20,000 bases of DNA from an uncultured virus (IMG/VR IMGVR_UViG_3300020109_000014). Its lineage: Duplodnaviria > Heunggongvirae > Uroviricota > Caudoviricetes. A model generated the notes under the pieces. It worked only from the letters and a program-made list of their open reading frames with translations. It was not told the origin of the DNA and searched no databases. The stretch is taken from the IMG/VR virus record IMGVR_UViG_3300020109_000014. One strand, given 5' to 3'. Below are positions 1 through 5,935 of this stretch, one piece after another (positions within the stretch are counted from its first letter, which is position 1; every line of letters begins with the position of its first letter). The translations under genes and the position numbers were made by a program.

Positions 1-81
1 CACATAATCGGTAATTAACCGATTTGTACCCCAATTTTGTTTCATAAACTCAACATCACGATCTACTTGATACTTTGCCAT
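1..81 (-). CDS. N-terminus of a hypothetical protein (MAKYQVDRDVEFMKQNWGTNRLITDYV...), runs off the window edge
   Basis: ATG at 81-79 preceded by ACGGAGAAAACAG (GGAG SD); frame open to position 1; not in ORF track. Confidence 0.75.
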   Translation of the reverse strand, partial: MAKYQVDRDVEFMKQNWGTNRLITDYV

Positions 82-122
82 CTGTTTTCTCCGTAAAGTA
101 AACAGAACTTTTAAAGGGGTTA

Positions 123-551
123 CTATCCCTTGACTATTCTATTATACATCTCTTTTGACCAATACTGATAATATTCTGTTTTGCTTAAATGACTTCTAGC
201 ATCCAAAAGGTCATCACGTCGCTGAACTATAATTACGTTATGCTTTGCACAGTTTGTCTGAACCCCATTAATGTAGGATGGTTCAGAGCTATGGTCGTCT
301 AAAAATATATAGTCTCTATAAATCATGTTGAGTTCAGAGCAACGCTGCATCATCTGACAAACTTCACAATCCCCAACTACAAAAATAGCGATATCAACCC
401 CTTCAACAGGACCGACATCGCTCAAAGTACATTCTTTAATACAATAAGTCGCTTTAGCAGCATATGGACATACAGGAAACCCTCCAAGCGCCTCCTGTGG
501 TCTTGTAACGTTATTTATCCATTCATTAATATCTTCAGCGACCCTGCCCAC
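123..551 (-). CDS. Conserved phage hypothetical protein with CPYA motif (DUF1415-like N-terminus)
   Basis: INEWINNVTRPQEALGGFPVCPYAAKA; probable start is the in-frame GTG at 551 preceded by AGAGG, rather than the track start at 647 which lies inside the 47-aa gene. Confidence 0.65.
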   Translation of the reverse strand: MGRVAEDINEWINNVTRPQEALGGFPVCPYAAKATYCIKECTLSDVGPVEGVDIAIFVVGDCEVCQMMQRCSELNMIYRDYIFLDDHSSEPSYINGVQTNCAKHNVIIVQRRDDLLDARSHLSKTEYYQYWSKEMYNRIVKG

Positions 552-678
552 GATACCTCTTTCTAGCGCCATTACGGGACGTAGCAGCATATTTCGTATG
601 TTTCCCCATACCCTGACGAGTACACTTGGGTTTGGATTCGATAACAACCTTAGTTGTGAATGACGGACGCTTTGCCAT
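535..678 (-). CDS. 47-aa highly basic protein MAKRPSFTTKVVIESKPKCTRQGMGKHTKYAATSRNGARKRYRGQGR
   Basis: Translated by hand; GAGG SD upstream; resembles the small basic protein found next to PAAR/baseplate genes in T4-like cyanophages; not in ORF track. Confidence 0.85.
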   Translation of the reverse strand: MAKRPSFTTKVVIESKPKCTRQGMGKHTKYAATSRNGARKRYRGQGR

Positions 679-702
679 TATTTACCTCGTTAAGACTTTC
701 TA

Positions 703-731
703 ATTATACCACTATTTTTTTTGATTAGCAA
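703..731 (-). promoter_or_regulatory. sigma70-type promoter for the 47-aa gene
   Basis: TTGCTA-17bp-TATAAT with extended -10 (TGGTATAAT). Confidence 0.6.
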
Positions 732-1086
732 TAATTACGGTAGGGTACTGAAAAGGAGCAACAAATAATCTCTTAGTACCTGGAAATGATGTTAATTCTG
801 TAGCATCGCCTTGTACCGCTGGTAAAAGTTTATTGATGTATACATTCGTATTAACAGTCGTAACTACCTTCCTGCCTGCTACAGGCACCACACAGGGAAT
901 TAATGGATTGTTTGGTGTTCCATTAACAGTATCTGGTGGTAACGCTGCATGTATAAACTTTACCTGTGTTTTGTTAATATACACATTTGGTGATTGGTAA
1001 GGTGACGTTACAGGTTTTGCTGGATATGTACACGGTCCATTGATTGATGTTGTATCTGGAGTGGTTGGACCTACAAGGAGCGGCAT
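712..1086 (-). CDS. PAAR-like baseplate spike tip protein (T4 gp5.4-like)
   Basis: Two repeats SPNVYINK and TNVYINKLLPAVQGD match the PAAR pattern sVfinG.PaAr.GD; Pro-rich; late context. Confidence 0.7.
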   Translation of the reverse strand: MPLLVGPTTPDTTSINGPCTYPAKPVTSPYQSPNVYINKTQVKFIHAALPPDTVNGTPNNPLIPCVVPVAGRKVVTTVNTNVYINKLLPAVQGDATELTSFPGTKRLFVAPFQYPTVIIANQKK

Positions 1087-1274
1087 TTATCTTCTACCTC
1101 TTTTAATCGTTTATCAATTTCGTTTAAATATTCTACAAGATTTATATGCTCTTCTCGATTAGGTGGTTTGTACATAAATTTAAAAGGCATTGGTATTTGG
1201 TCGAGTTTTTCTTTAAAACTGTTGACCAATCTCGTTAAGGAGTTCAGGCGCTCCTCCATCTCGTAATTCCACAT
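1071..1274 (-). CDS. Hypothetical helical protein (start probably at MEERL)
   Basis: ORF in operon, overlapping the PAAR-like gene start. Confidence 0.65.
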   Translation of the reverse strand: MWNYEMEERLNSLTRLVNSFKEKLDQIPMPFKFMYKPPNREEHINLVEYLNEIDKRLKEVEDKCRSL

Positions 1275-1461
1275 TTGTTACATTCTCCTTTTTAATGAGA
1301 CCATCATCGTAGATGGTGTCTACATTGACTTGAGGGGCGTTTAACCCAGTATAATATTGATCAGCAATGGACTCCATGCTATCGGCAAACTCATTGAAGT
1401 TATCAAAGAATTGTTCCTTTAGAGTACCATCTGAAGTCTTATAAGTTACTTTCTGTTTCAT
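1213..1461 (-). CDS. Hypothetical protein, first gene of the late operon
   Basis: 82-aa ORF directly downstream of AATAAATA. Confidence 0.7.
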   Translation of the reverse strand: MKQKVTYKTSDGTLKEQFFDNFNEFADSMESIADQYYTGLNAPQVNVDTIYDDGLIKKENVTNVELRDGGAPELLNEIGQQF

Positions 1462-1520
1462 GGCGACTTTTGGGGTGATTTTTTTGTGGCGGAAATTTTT
1501 TGGATTAGGGATCCTATCGT

Positions 1521-1528
1521 TATTTATT
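1521..1528 (-). promoter_or_regulatory. T4-type (gp55) late promoter
   Basis: AATAAATA on minus strand, 60 nt upstream of the ATG at 1461. Confidence 0.65.
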
Positions 1529-1598
1529 TCGGTCGTCTGGATACTTTTGTAGGTTAGAGAGGGTCAAATATGGGACCCGCTCGGCGCGCCGCCCACCT

Positions 1599-1634
1599 AG
1601 GGGGCGGGGGCAAACCACTGCCCCCCCTGGGGGT
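1599..1634 (-). terminator. GC-rich hairpin closing the early gene array
   Basis: GGGGGCA-aaccac-TGCCCCC stem just after the stop at 1644; no U-tail, so terminator function is uncertain. Confidence 0.4.
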
Positions 1635-1643
1635 GTGCTAGGA

Positions 1644-1844
1644 TCAACCGTTGCCCATCACAACAGCGTAGGCGCTGGGAGAGGCGATGTGAGCACGATC
1701 TCGCCACTGCTGACTGCCTCGCTTGGTGCTGAACTTGACCATCTCACAGATCAACTCACCCTTACGTGGGCGGCGGGGGCGGACGGTCTTGAACTTGAAC
1801 CCAGCGGCGGTGAGTTGCTCGGGGGTGGCGGTTGCGAAATTCAT
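1644..1844 (-). CDS. Small basic early hypothetical protein (66 aa)
   Basis: Own promoter module and AC-rich leader; GC3-rich codons. Confidence 0.75.
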   Translation of the reverse strand: MNFATATPEQLTAAGFKFKTVRPRRPRKGELICEMVKFSTKRGSQQWRDRAHIASPSAYAVVMGNG

Positions 1845-1867
1845 GTGGTGTCTGTGTGTGTGTGGTT

Positions 1868-1924
1868 AGTCTACAGGGTCAGGGGGTCAGCGACCATCCC
1901 AGCAGGCGCTTTCCCAACCGTCAC
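1868..1924 (-). promoter_or_regulatory. Early promoter module copy A (degenerate)
   Basis: -10 TAGACT at 1868-1873; degenerate palindrome ggcgctttcccaaccgtcac ending at 1924. Confidence 0.55.
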
Positions 1925-2042
1925 GCTGGAAGCGGCGGGCATCGTAATCGTCGGCGTCCATCAGGTCGTCGTGCTCACAGTCCTCATAGAAGCGGTCGGA
2001 CTGGGAGTAGGAGTTGCCGTAAGCGAAGGAAGTGGTTGCCAT
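1887..2042 (-). CDS. 51-aa acidic early protein MATTSFAYGNSYSQSDRFYEDCEHDDLMDADDYDARRFQRDGWESACWDGR
   Basis: Hand-translated; follows promoter copy B and the conserved leader; not in track. Confidence 0.8.
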   Translation of the reverse strand: MATTSFAYGNSYSQSDRFYEDCEHDDLMDADDYDARRFQRDGWESACWDGR

Positions 2043-2069
2043 GGTTGAAGTCGTTTGGTTGATGTGGTT

Positions 2070-2127
2070 AGTCTAGACGCTCAGGGCATCTCACAGGCGC
2101 CAGGGAGGACACTGTTGTAGGTGGCAC
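2070..2127 (-). promoter_or_regulatory. Early promoter module copy B
   Basis: -10 TAGACT at 2070-2075; palindrome gaggacactgttgtaggtggcac at 2105-2127. Confidence 0.75.
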
Positions 2128-2257
2128 AGCGGGCGGCGGTCTGTTGGTTGACTGCCTGAACGGTGTCAGCAGCGAAGTCGATGGCAGCAGCACCCACGGT
2201 AGCGATGGGGGCATAGAAGGCGGCGCCGAGGGCGAGGATGGCGAGAGTCTTGAGCAT
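2081..2257 (-). CDS. 58-aa protein with N-terminal signal/TM helix (MLKTLAILALGAAFYAPIATVGAAAIDF...CATYNSVLPGACEMP)
   Basis: Hand-translated; follows copy C; two C-terminal Cys; not in track. Confidence 0.8.
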   Translation of the reverse strand: MLKTLAILALGAAFYAPIATVGAAAIDFAADTVQAVNQQTAARCATYNSVLPGACEMP

Positions 2258-2284
2258 GGTCTGGTTCGTTTGGTTGATGTGTTT

Positions 2285-2343
2285 AGTATAGAGGCGGGGG
2301 AGGGGGGAAGGCGCCCCCCTGTGGACAGTTCAGAAATCGTCCA
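2285..2343 (-). promoter_or_regulatory. Early promoter module copy C
   Basis: -10 TATACT at 2285-2290; G/C hairpin; palindrome gtggacagttcagaaatcgtcca at 2321-2343. Confidence 0.75.
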
Positions 2344-2551
2344 GCATCTCGTCCAGTTCGTCGGTGTCGATCTTAGCGTCCATCCAACGGGCACCGTCTG
2401 GGGTCATCTGCCCCCACAGCATCTCAAGGTGGGGAATGAGAGCGTTGTAGCGGGTGAACTTTTGAGCGAGGTTGTAGGTCCGCTCATCGTTCTGAATCCA
2501 CAGGGCGACGTTCCAGGTCTCCCAGTTTGCCCATCCGTTGTAGGTCGTCAT
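2330..2551 (-). CDS. Widespread phage early hypothetical protein (YNGWxNxETWNVALW family)
   Basis: TYNGWANWETWNVALWIQNDE motif; follows copy D. Confidence 0.85.
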   Translation of the reverse strand: MTTYNGWANWETWNVALWIQNDERTYNLAQKFTRYNALIPHLEMLWGQMTPDGARWMDAKIDTDELDEMLDDF

Positions 2552-2578
2552 GGTTTGAGTCGTTTGGTTGATGTGGTT

Positions 2579-2637
2579 AGTCTACAGGGTCAGGAGCGCC
2601 CGAGGTGCTCGAACTGTGCCAGACTGCTAGGTGCCAC
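2579..2637 (-). promoter_or_regulatory. Early promoter module copy D
   Basis: -10 TAGACT at 2579-2584; palindrome gtgccagactgctaggtgccac at 2616-2637. Confidence 0.7.
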
Positions 2638-2763
2638 ATGGGCGGGTGATCCACAGGAGCGGTAGAAGTCCACCATCCGCTCAGCCTCTGCCAGCGTGGG
2701 GAACCACTGTGACCGCCACTCCTGGCTGCTGTAGGGGGTCTGGTAACGAACTTCGATCTTCAT
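2590..2763 (-). CDS. 57-aa early hypothetical protein (MKIEVRYQTPY...MVDFYRSCGSPA)
   Basis: Start moved to the ATG at 2763, after promoter copy E and its leader. Confidence 0.8.
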   Translation of the reverse strand: MKIEVRYQTPYSSQEWRSQWFPTLAEAERMVDFYRSCGSPAHVAPSSLAQFEHLGRS

Positions 2764-2787
2764 TGGTTTGGTTTGGTTGATGCTGAT

Positions 2788-2845
2788 AGTATGGCAGCCC
2801 CTGGTGGGGTTTGGGGGCATCTGTGGACACCCCCTACACTGTCAC
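2788..2845 (-). promoter_or_regulatory. Early promoter module copy E
   Basis: Extended -10 TGCCATACT; hairpin gcccctggtggggt; palindrome at 2823-2845. Confidence 0.75.
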
Positions 2846-3039
2846 ATACCGTTCAGAAAGTCATGGAGGTCCTCACGGTATTCTGCCTCGGTCTGGTAGA
2901 CTCGACCGTGGATTTCCCGAGGGTAGGTCGCCGTGGGGGCGGGTGCCTTGCTGGGCTCTTTGCCTTGGGAGAGGATCTGAGCGACGTAGGGGTTCACGTC
3001 GTAGATCTCGCCAGGCATGTCTTGGATCTCATCCCACAT
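2842..3039 (-). CDS. 65-aa early hypothetical protein (MWDEIQDMPGEIYD...EDLHDFLNGM)
   Basis: Start moved to the ATG at 3039, after copy F and its leader. Confidence 0.8.
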   Translation of the reverse strand: MWDEIQDMPGEIYDVNPYVAQILSQGKEPSKAPAPTATYPREIHGRVYQTEAEYREDLHDFLNGM

Positions 3040-3067
3040 AGGTTTGGTTCGTTTGGTTGATGCTCTT

Positions 3068-3125
3068 AGTATGGCAGCCCCTGATGGGGTTTGGGGTAGT
3101 TGGTGGACAGTGCCTCTACTGTCAC
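3068..3125 (-). promoter_or_regulatory. Early promoter module copy F (near-duplicate of E)
   Basis: TGCCATACT; hairpin gcccctgatggggt; palindrome gtggacagtgcctctactgtcac at 3103-3125. Confidence 0.78.
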
Positions 3126-3286
3126 AGGATCTGGAGATCGTCAAGGATCACCCCATCCTTCCGAATCTCAGCGTAGACGAACTCGTCTGCTTTGATGGCG
3201 AGCAGGCGCTGCGCCTCTGCCCAGGTCTGGCAGTCGATAGATTCCCAGGGGTCAGACGGAACGTAGACGGTGAAGCGGCGTTCCAT
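3122..3286 (-). CDS. 54-aa early hypothetical protein (MERRFTVYVPSDPW...); alternative leaderless start at 3310
   Basis: ORF downstream of copy G. Confidence 0.7.
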   Translation of the reverse strand: MERRFTVYVPSDPWESIDCQTWAEAQRLLAIKADEFVYAEIRKDGVILDDLQIL

Positions 3287-3316
3287 CAGTGAGGGGTTAA
3301 GGTTGTTCATGCTGTT

Positions 3317-3375
3317 AGTATGGCATGGATCGGGGGGCATTTCAACCCCCTATGTGCCACTTAGTCAGGTGGTCA
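3317..3375 (-). promoter_or_regulatory. Early promoter module copy G
   Basis: TTGAAA-17-CATACT with extended TG; palindrome gtgccacttagtcaggtggtca at 3354-3375. Confidence 0.78.
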
Positions 3376-3483
3376 GTCCCACCATCCGTTGCGGGTGTTG
3401 ACCTTCATGCCCAAGGCGGCACACATCATGGGGAAACCGATGGCGACGATCATCAGGAGAGCGGCGGCAAGGTAGTGATTCAT
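3373..3483 (-). CDS. 36-aa single-TM protein MNHYLAAALLMIVAIGFPMMCAALGMKVNTRNGWWD
   Basis: ATGA overlap with the upstream stop; hydrophobic helix; not in track. Confidence 0.7.
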   Translation of the reverse strand: MNHYLAAALLMIVAIGFPMMCAALGMKVNTRNGWWD

Positions 3484-3653
3484 GTGGTCTCATGGTAGGC
3501 GTCGCTGACTTTTTCCTGTACACTGTCGAAGACCTTTTGATCCATCCAGTCGGGGAGGATCTGGCAGCCCTGATGGGAGCAGACCAGATCATAGAGCACT
3601 GCCATCTCGTCAGTGGTAAAGGCGGTCAGCATGTCGTAGCGGTTGTAGTACAT
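3480..3653 (-). CDS. 57-aa early hypothetical protein (MYYNRYDMLTAFTTDEMAVLYDLV...)
   Basis: Hand-translated; follows copy H; not in track. Confidence 0.75.
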   Translation of the reverse strand: MYYNRYDMLTAFTTDEMAVLYDLVCSHQGCQILPDWMDQKVFDSVQEKVSDAYHETT

Positions 3654-3676
3654 CTGTGTTTGTGGTTGATGTGGTT

Positions 3677-3735
3677 AGTATGGCATCGATCAGGGGGCAT
3701 TTCAACCCCCTGTGTACCACTTAGTCAACTGTCAC
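3677..3735 (-). promoter_or_regulatory. Early promoter module copy H (near-duplicate of G)
   Basis: TTGAAA-17-CATACT; palindrome gtaccacttagtcaactgtcac at 3714-3735. Confidence 0.8.
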
Positions 3736-3969
3736 ATCATCTGGACCTTCTTTAAGTTCAATGCCAAAATCTTCCAGCACTTCGTCACCATACAACTCAC
3801 GAATCTCATTGATCAACTGTTCTTCATCATAGGCAGAATAGCACTCGTAAAGTGTATCGAAGACGAATTGTTCCATCGTCTTCATGTCCATGCTGTCCAT
3901 CACATGTTCAGCATACTTCTCACAAAGTTCGGAGAAGTTGTCAGTCCAAGTGTAAGCGTTGTTGGTCAT
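3721..3969 (-). CDS. 82-aa very acidic hypothetical protein
   Basis: ORF in operon; 23 of 82 residues are D/E. Confidence 0.8.
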   Translation of the reverse strand: MTNNAYTWTDNFSELCEKYAEHVMDSMDMKTMEQFVFDTLYECYSAYDEEQLINEIRELYGDEVLEDFGIELKEGPDDVTVD

Positions 3970-3973
3970 GGTT

Positions 3974-4174
3974 TCAGTTCAGAATGTGACGATAGTCGAT
4001 AGATTTGATACACCAACCTGTCCATGATGTGATCTCTTCAATGAGATCATCTTCATCATCTGCCTCCCAGATGTGTCCTACTGTGTCGTCGATGATGTCA
4101 TTCATCTCAGCAGATGTGATCTCATCTTCAGATCCAGTGAAATCAAACTCGATCTCAGTGATTTGGAATTGCAT
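3974..4174 (-). CDS. 66-aa very acidic hypothetical protein (WEADDEDDLIEEIT..TGWCI)
   Basis: TGATG-coupled to the upstream gene; 19 of 66 residues are D/E. Confidence 0.8.
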   Translation of the reverse strand: MQFQITEIEFDFTGSEDEITSAEMNDIIDDTVGHIWEADDEDDLIEEITSWTGWCIKSIDYRHILN

Positions 4175-4350
4175 CAGAAACGAATGATAGGGTGGTCTAC
4201 ATCAAGCACCTGACATTCATCAGTTGCAAACACTAACTCAACTTTGAGTTGATAATACTCATCGGTGCCTTCATCGTAGACGGCAACATCAGAATTGAGT
4301 TGATCTTCGTTGAGTTGTTGCAACTGTTGCAGGAGTTCGTTGTACGTCAT
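4174..4350 (-). CDS. 58-aa hypothetical protein (MTYNELLQQLQQLNEDQLNSDVAVYD...LDVDHPIIRF)
   Basis: TGATG coupling at both ends; not in track. Confidence 0.8.
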   Translation of the reverse strand: MTYNELLQQLQQLNEDQLNSDVAVYDEGTDEYYQLKVELVFATDECQVLDVDHPIIRF

Positions 4351-4475
4351 CACTTTCTCAGGGGTGAATTGAAATAACGAGTGAACGCTGTGGCAACAAT
4401 GATACCAGTTGAGATAATACCAACCAAACCAAGAATGGTAATACCGTCACCAGTGAATGTGTAGAAGTCAGGCAT
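4350..4475 (-). CDS. 41-aa single-TM protein MPDFYTFTGDGITILGLVGIISTGIIVATAFTRYFNSPLRK
   Basis: Follows copy I; hydrophobic helix with basic C-terminus; not in track. Confidence 0.8.
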   Translation of the reverse strand: MPDFYTFTGDGITILGLVGIISTGIIVATAFTRYFNSPLRK

Positions 4476-4496
4476 GATTTCGTTTGGAACAGATGT

Positions 4497-4554
4497 AGTA
4501 TGGCATCAACAAGTGACCAATGGGGGAATCAGTGGACACTTGTTGATCTGGCAC
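4497..4554 (-). promoter_or_regulatory. Early promoter module copy I
   Basis: TGCCATACT; palindrome gtggacacttgttgatctggcac at 4532-4554. Confidence 0.78.
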
Positions 4555-4561
4555 ATTAATA

Positions 4562-4738
4562 TCAGAAATCGATGGTTTCTAGTGTAGGCTGATTAGACTT
4601 CATTTTGTCATACATTTCAGTCATCAGTTCCATATGCTGATCGACAGGATCTTGCTCGACAAAACTATCAAGAACTTTCAACAGTTCGTTACCATTAGCG
4701 GTACGATCCAGCAGTTTAATCATCAGTGAAGTAGACAT
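4562..4738 (-). CDS. Hypothetical protein (MSTSLMIKLLDRTANGNELLKVLDSF...)
   Basis: Track ORF with start moved from TTG to the in-frame ATG. Confidence 0.7.
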   Translation of the reverse strand: MSTSLMIKLLDRTANGNELLKVLDSFVEQDPVDQHMELMTEMYDKMKSNQPTLETIDF

Positions 4739-4772
4739 AGTAAAAGAAAGCAAAAGAACAGTGGGGTTTGTA

Positions 4773-4794
4773 TATACTACTCTTGAGTAGTATA
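4773..4794. repeat. Perfect 10-bp inverted repeat TATACTACTC-TT-GAGTAGTATA
   Basis: Read directly from the sequence. Confidence 0.85.
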
Positions 4795-4893
4795 ATCTAT
4801 ATCATAGTAGTTAGCACTACTATCATCGAATTCTATATCTTCATAGAATTCTTCATCGTTAATCTCTTCAATTAGATAATCAGTAAAAGTCAT
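4777..4893 (-). CDS. 38-aa extremely acidic peptide MTFTDYLIEEINDEEFYEDIEFDDSSANYYDIDYTTQE
   Basis: Hand-translated; 14 of 38 residues D/E, no K/R/H; not in track. Confidence 0.6.
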   Translation of the reverse strand: MTFTDYLIEEINDEEFYEDIEFDDSSANYYDIDYTTQE

Positions 4894-5008
4894 AATTATT
4901 GAGATTTAATAGTTTTTAAAATTTTGAAAATCCAAAAAATCCATATTTTTGTAAAATTTGAATATTCAATAAAACTGGGAATGTAAGGAGTTGAGTAATG
5001 TGACATAC

Positions 5009-5335
5009 TCAAGCAAGTTTCATAGAAGAACGGAAAGGCACAGTTTCAATACCTCGGTCAGTGTTCAGATTAATGAACCAATGCCACTGCTTTTGAAACA
5101 CACACTCACCATCACGACCATGCTCCCGAAGGATAGCATTGAGACGAGATTTGGTGGTATTGGATTGCCAACCACCATCAAACAGTCGGACAAAAGTATC
5201 ACCAACCTCAGCAATACAATTGCCGTGAAGAAATACAGAACTGACACCATCAATAGTGACAACTTCAGTGTTATCAAGTTTCCAGTCACGTTGCTCGGTG
5301 ATGGCAGCGTTCATCAGACGTTCGATCTTTCTCAT
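5009..5335 (-). CDS. Conserved phage early hypothetical protein (LHGNxIA / DGGWQSNTTKSRLNA)
   Basis: Recognisable motifs; follows copy J. Confidence 0.85.
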   Translation of the reverse strand: MRKIERLMNAAITEQRDWKLDNTEVVTIDGVSSVFLHGNCIAEVGDTFVRLFDGGWQSNTTKSRLNAILREHGRDGECVFQKQWHWFINLNTDRGIETVPFRSSMKLA

Positions 5336-5361
5336 GGGGTGAATCCCTCAGTGATGTACAT

Positions 5362-5419
5362 AGTATGGCATGGGTTGGGGGCGAAGTCAATGCCCTGTGG
5401 ACACTTGTCAGACTGTCAC
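5362..5419 (-). promoter_or_regulatory. Early promoter module copy J
   Basis: TTGACT-17-CATACT with extended TG; palindrome gtggacacttgtcagactgtcac at 5397-5419. Confidence 0.82.
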
Positions 5420-5584
5420 AGGATCACCGATAACGCTCACGTCGATCTCTTTAATATTCAAACCACACAGCTGATTGTATACACGTTTGGAGATAACATC
5501 ACAGGCATTCTTTAACTTAGAACGTTCGTACCAAATAGTGATACAACCGTCGAAAGTTTCAACTTGAATTCGAATGTCTTTCAA
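5408..5584 (-). CDS. 58-aa hypothetical protein (MKDIRIQVETFDGCITIWYERSK...), TTG start
   Basis: Open frame after copy K; AGGA upstream of the TTG; not in track. Confidence 0.7.
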   Translation of the reverse strand: MKDIRIQVETFDGCITIWYERSKLKNACDVISKRVYNQLCGLNIKEIDVSVIGDPVTV

Positions 5585-5608
5585 AGGTCAATTCCTGACG
5601 ACTCATGT

Positions 5609-5666
5609 AATATATCACCACCAGACACCCCTGGGAGGTCTTCTGTGCCACTTCTTAAACTGTCCT
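5609..5666 (-). promoter_or_regulatory. Early promoter module copy K
   Basis: Extended -10 TGATATATT; palindrome gtgccacttcttaaactgtcct at 5645-5666. Confidence 0.75.
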
Positions 5667-5701
5667 AGGGTGATACCACCGAGGGGATATTTGATGCTAT
5701 G

Positions 5702-5724
5702 AAAAAACCCATCCGAAGATGGGT
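5702..5724 (-). terminator. Rho-independent terminator with cUUCGg tetraloop
   Basis: ACCCATC-TTCG-GATGGGT-TTTTT on minus strand, just after the stop at 5739. Confidence 0.9.
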
Positions 5725-5738
5725 GGTAAAGTTTACAT

Positions 5739-5903
5739 TCAATAGTCTACGTATGTATCATCGTGGTCTTTGAATTTTGCTTGACGTTTACTTCGACTTG
5801 AGTAACGTTTGGCATTCTGAACTTCATAACCATAATCTTCATATTCATCTTCAAAGCTCACTTCTTTGAAGGATTCGGTATACTTTCGGTTGTTTTTTGT
5901 CAT
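5739..5903 (-). CDS. 54-aa charged hypothetical protein (MTKNNRKYTESFKEVSFEDEYEDYGY...)
   Basis: Hand-translated; lies between the KTSC-like gene and the terminator; not in track. Confidence 0.75.
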   Translation of the reverse strand: MTKNNRKYTESFKEVSFEDEYEDYGYEVQNAKRYSSRSKRQAKFKDHDDTYVDY

Positions 5904-5935
5904 TGTTTGAATAAAACAGTGATAATTGTTAAGAA

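Noticed and set aside
2292..2319. G-runs suggesting a G-quadruplex (also 1599-1634)
   Set aside because: There are only two or three long G-tracts, and they can pair with adjacent C-runs, so a hairpin explains them better
1635..3292. Plus-strand ORFs 1635..2048, 1832..2062, 2144..2665, 2773..3060, 2811..3041, 3017..3292 and minus-strand 2068..2394
   Set aside because: They are stop-poor frames in GC-rich DNA that cross promoter modules and overlap better-supported minus-strand minigenes
1868..3735. Regularly recurring repeats suggesting a CRISPR array
   Set aside because: Repeats are degenerate, the spacers are 150-300-bp intact ORFs, each repeat carries a -10 box, and there are no cas genes
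3365..4187. ORFs 3365..3592 (-), 3492..3755 (+), 3712..4002 (+), 4005..4187 (+)
   Set aside because: The coupled minus-strand genes 3373..3483, 3480..3653, 3721..3969 and 3974..4174 explain the region
4991..5515. 174-aa plus-strand ORF and 5065..5289 (-)
   Set aside because: Shadows of the conserved 5009..5335 gene
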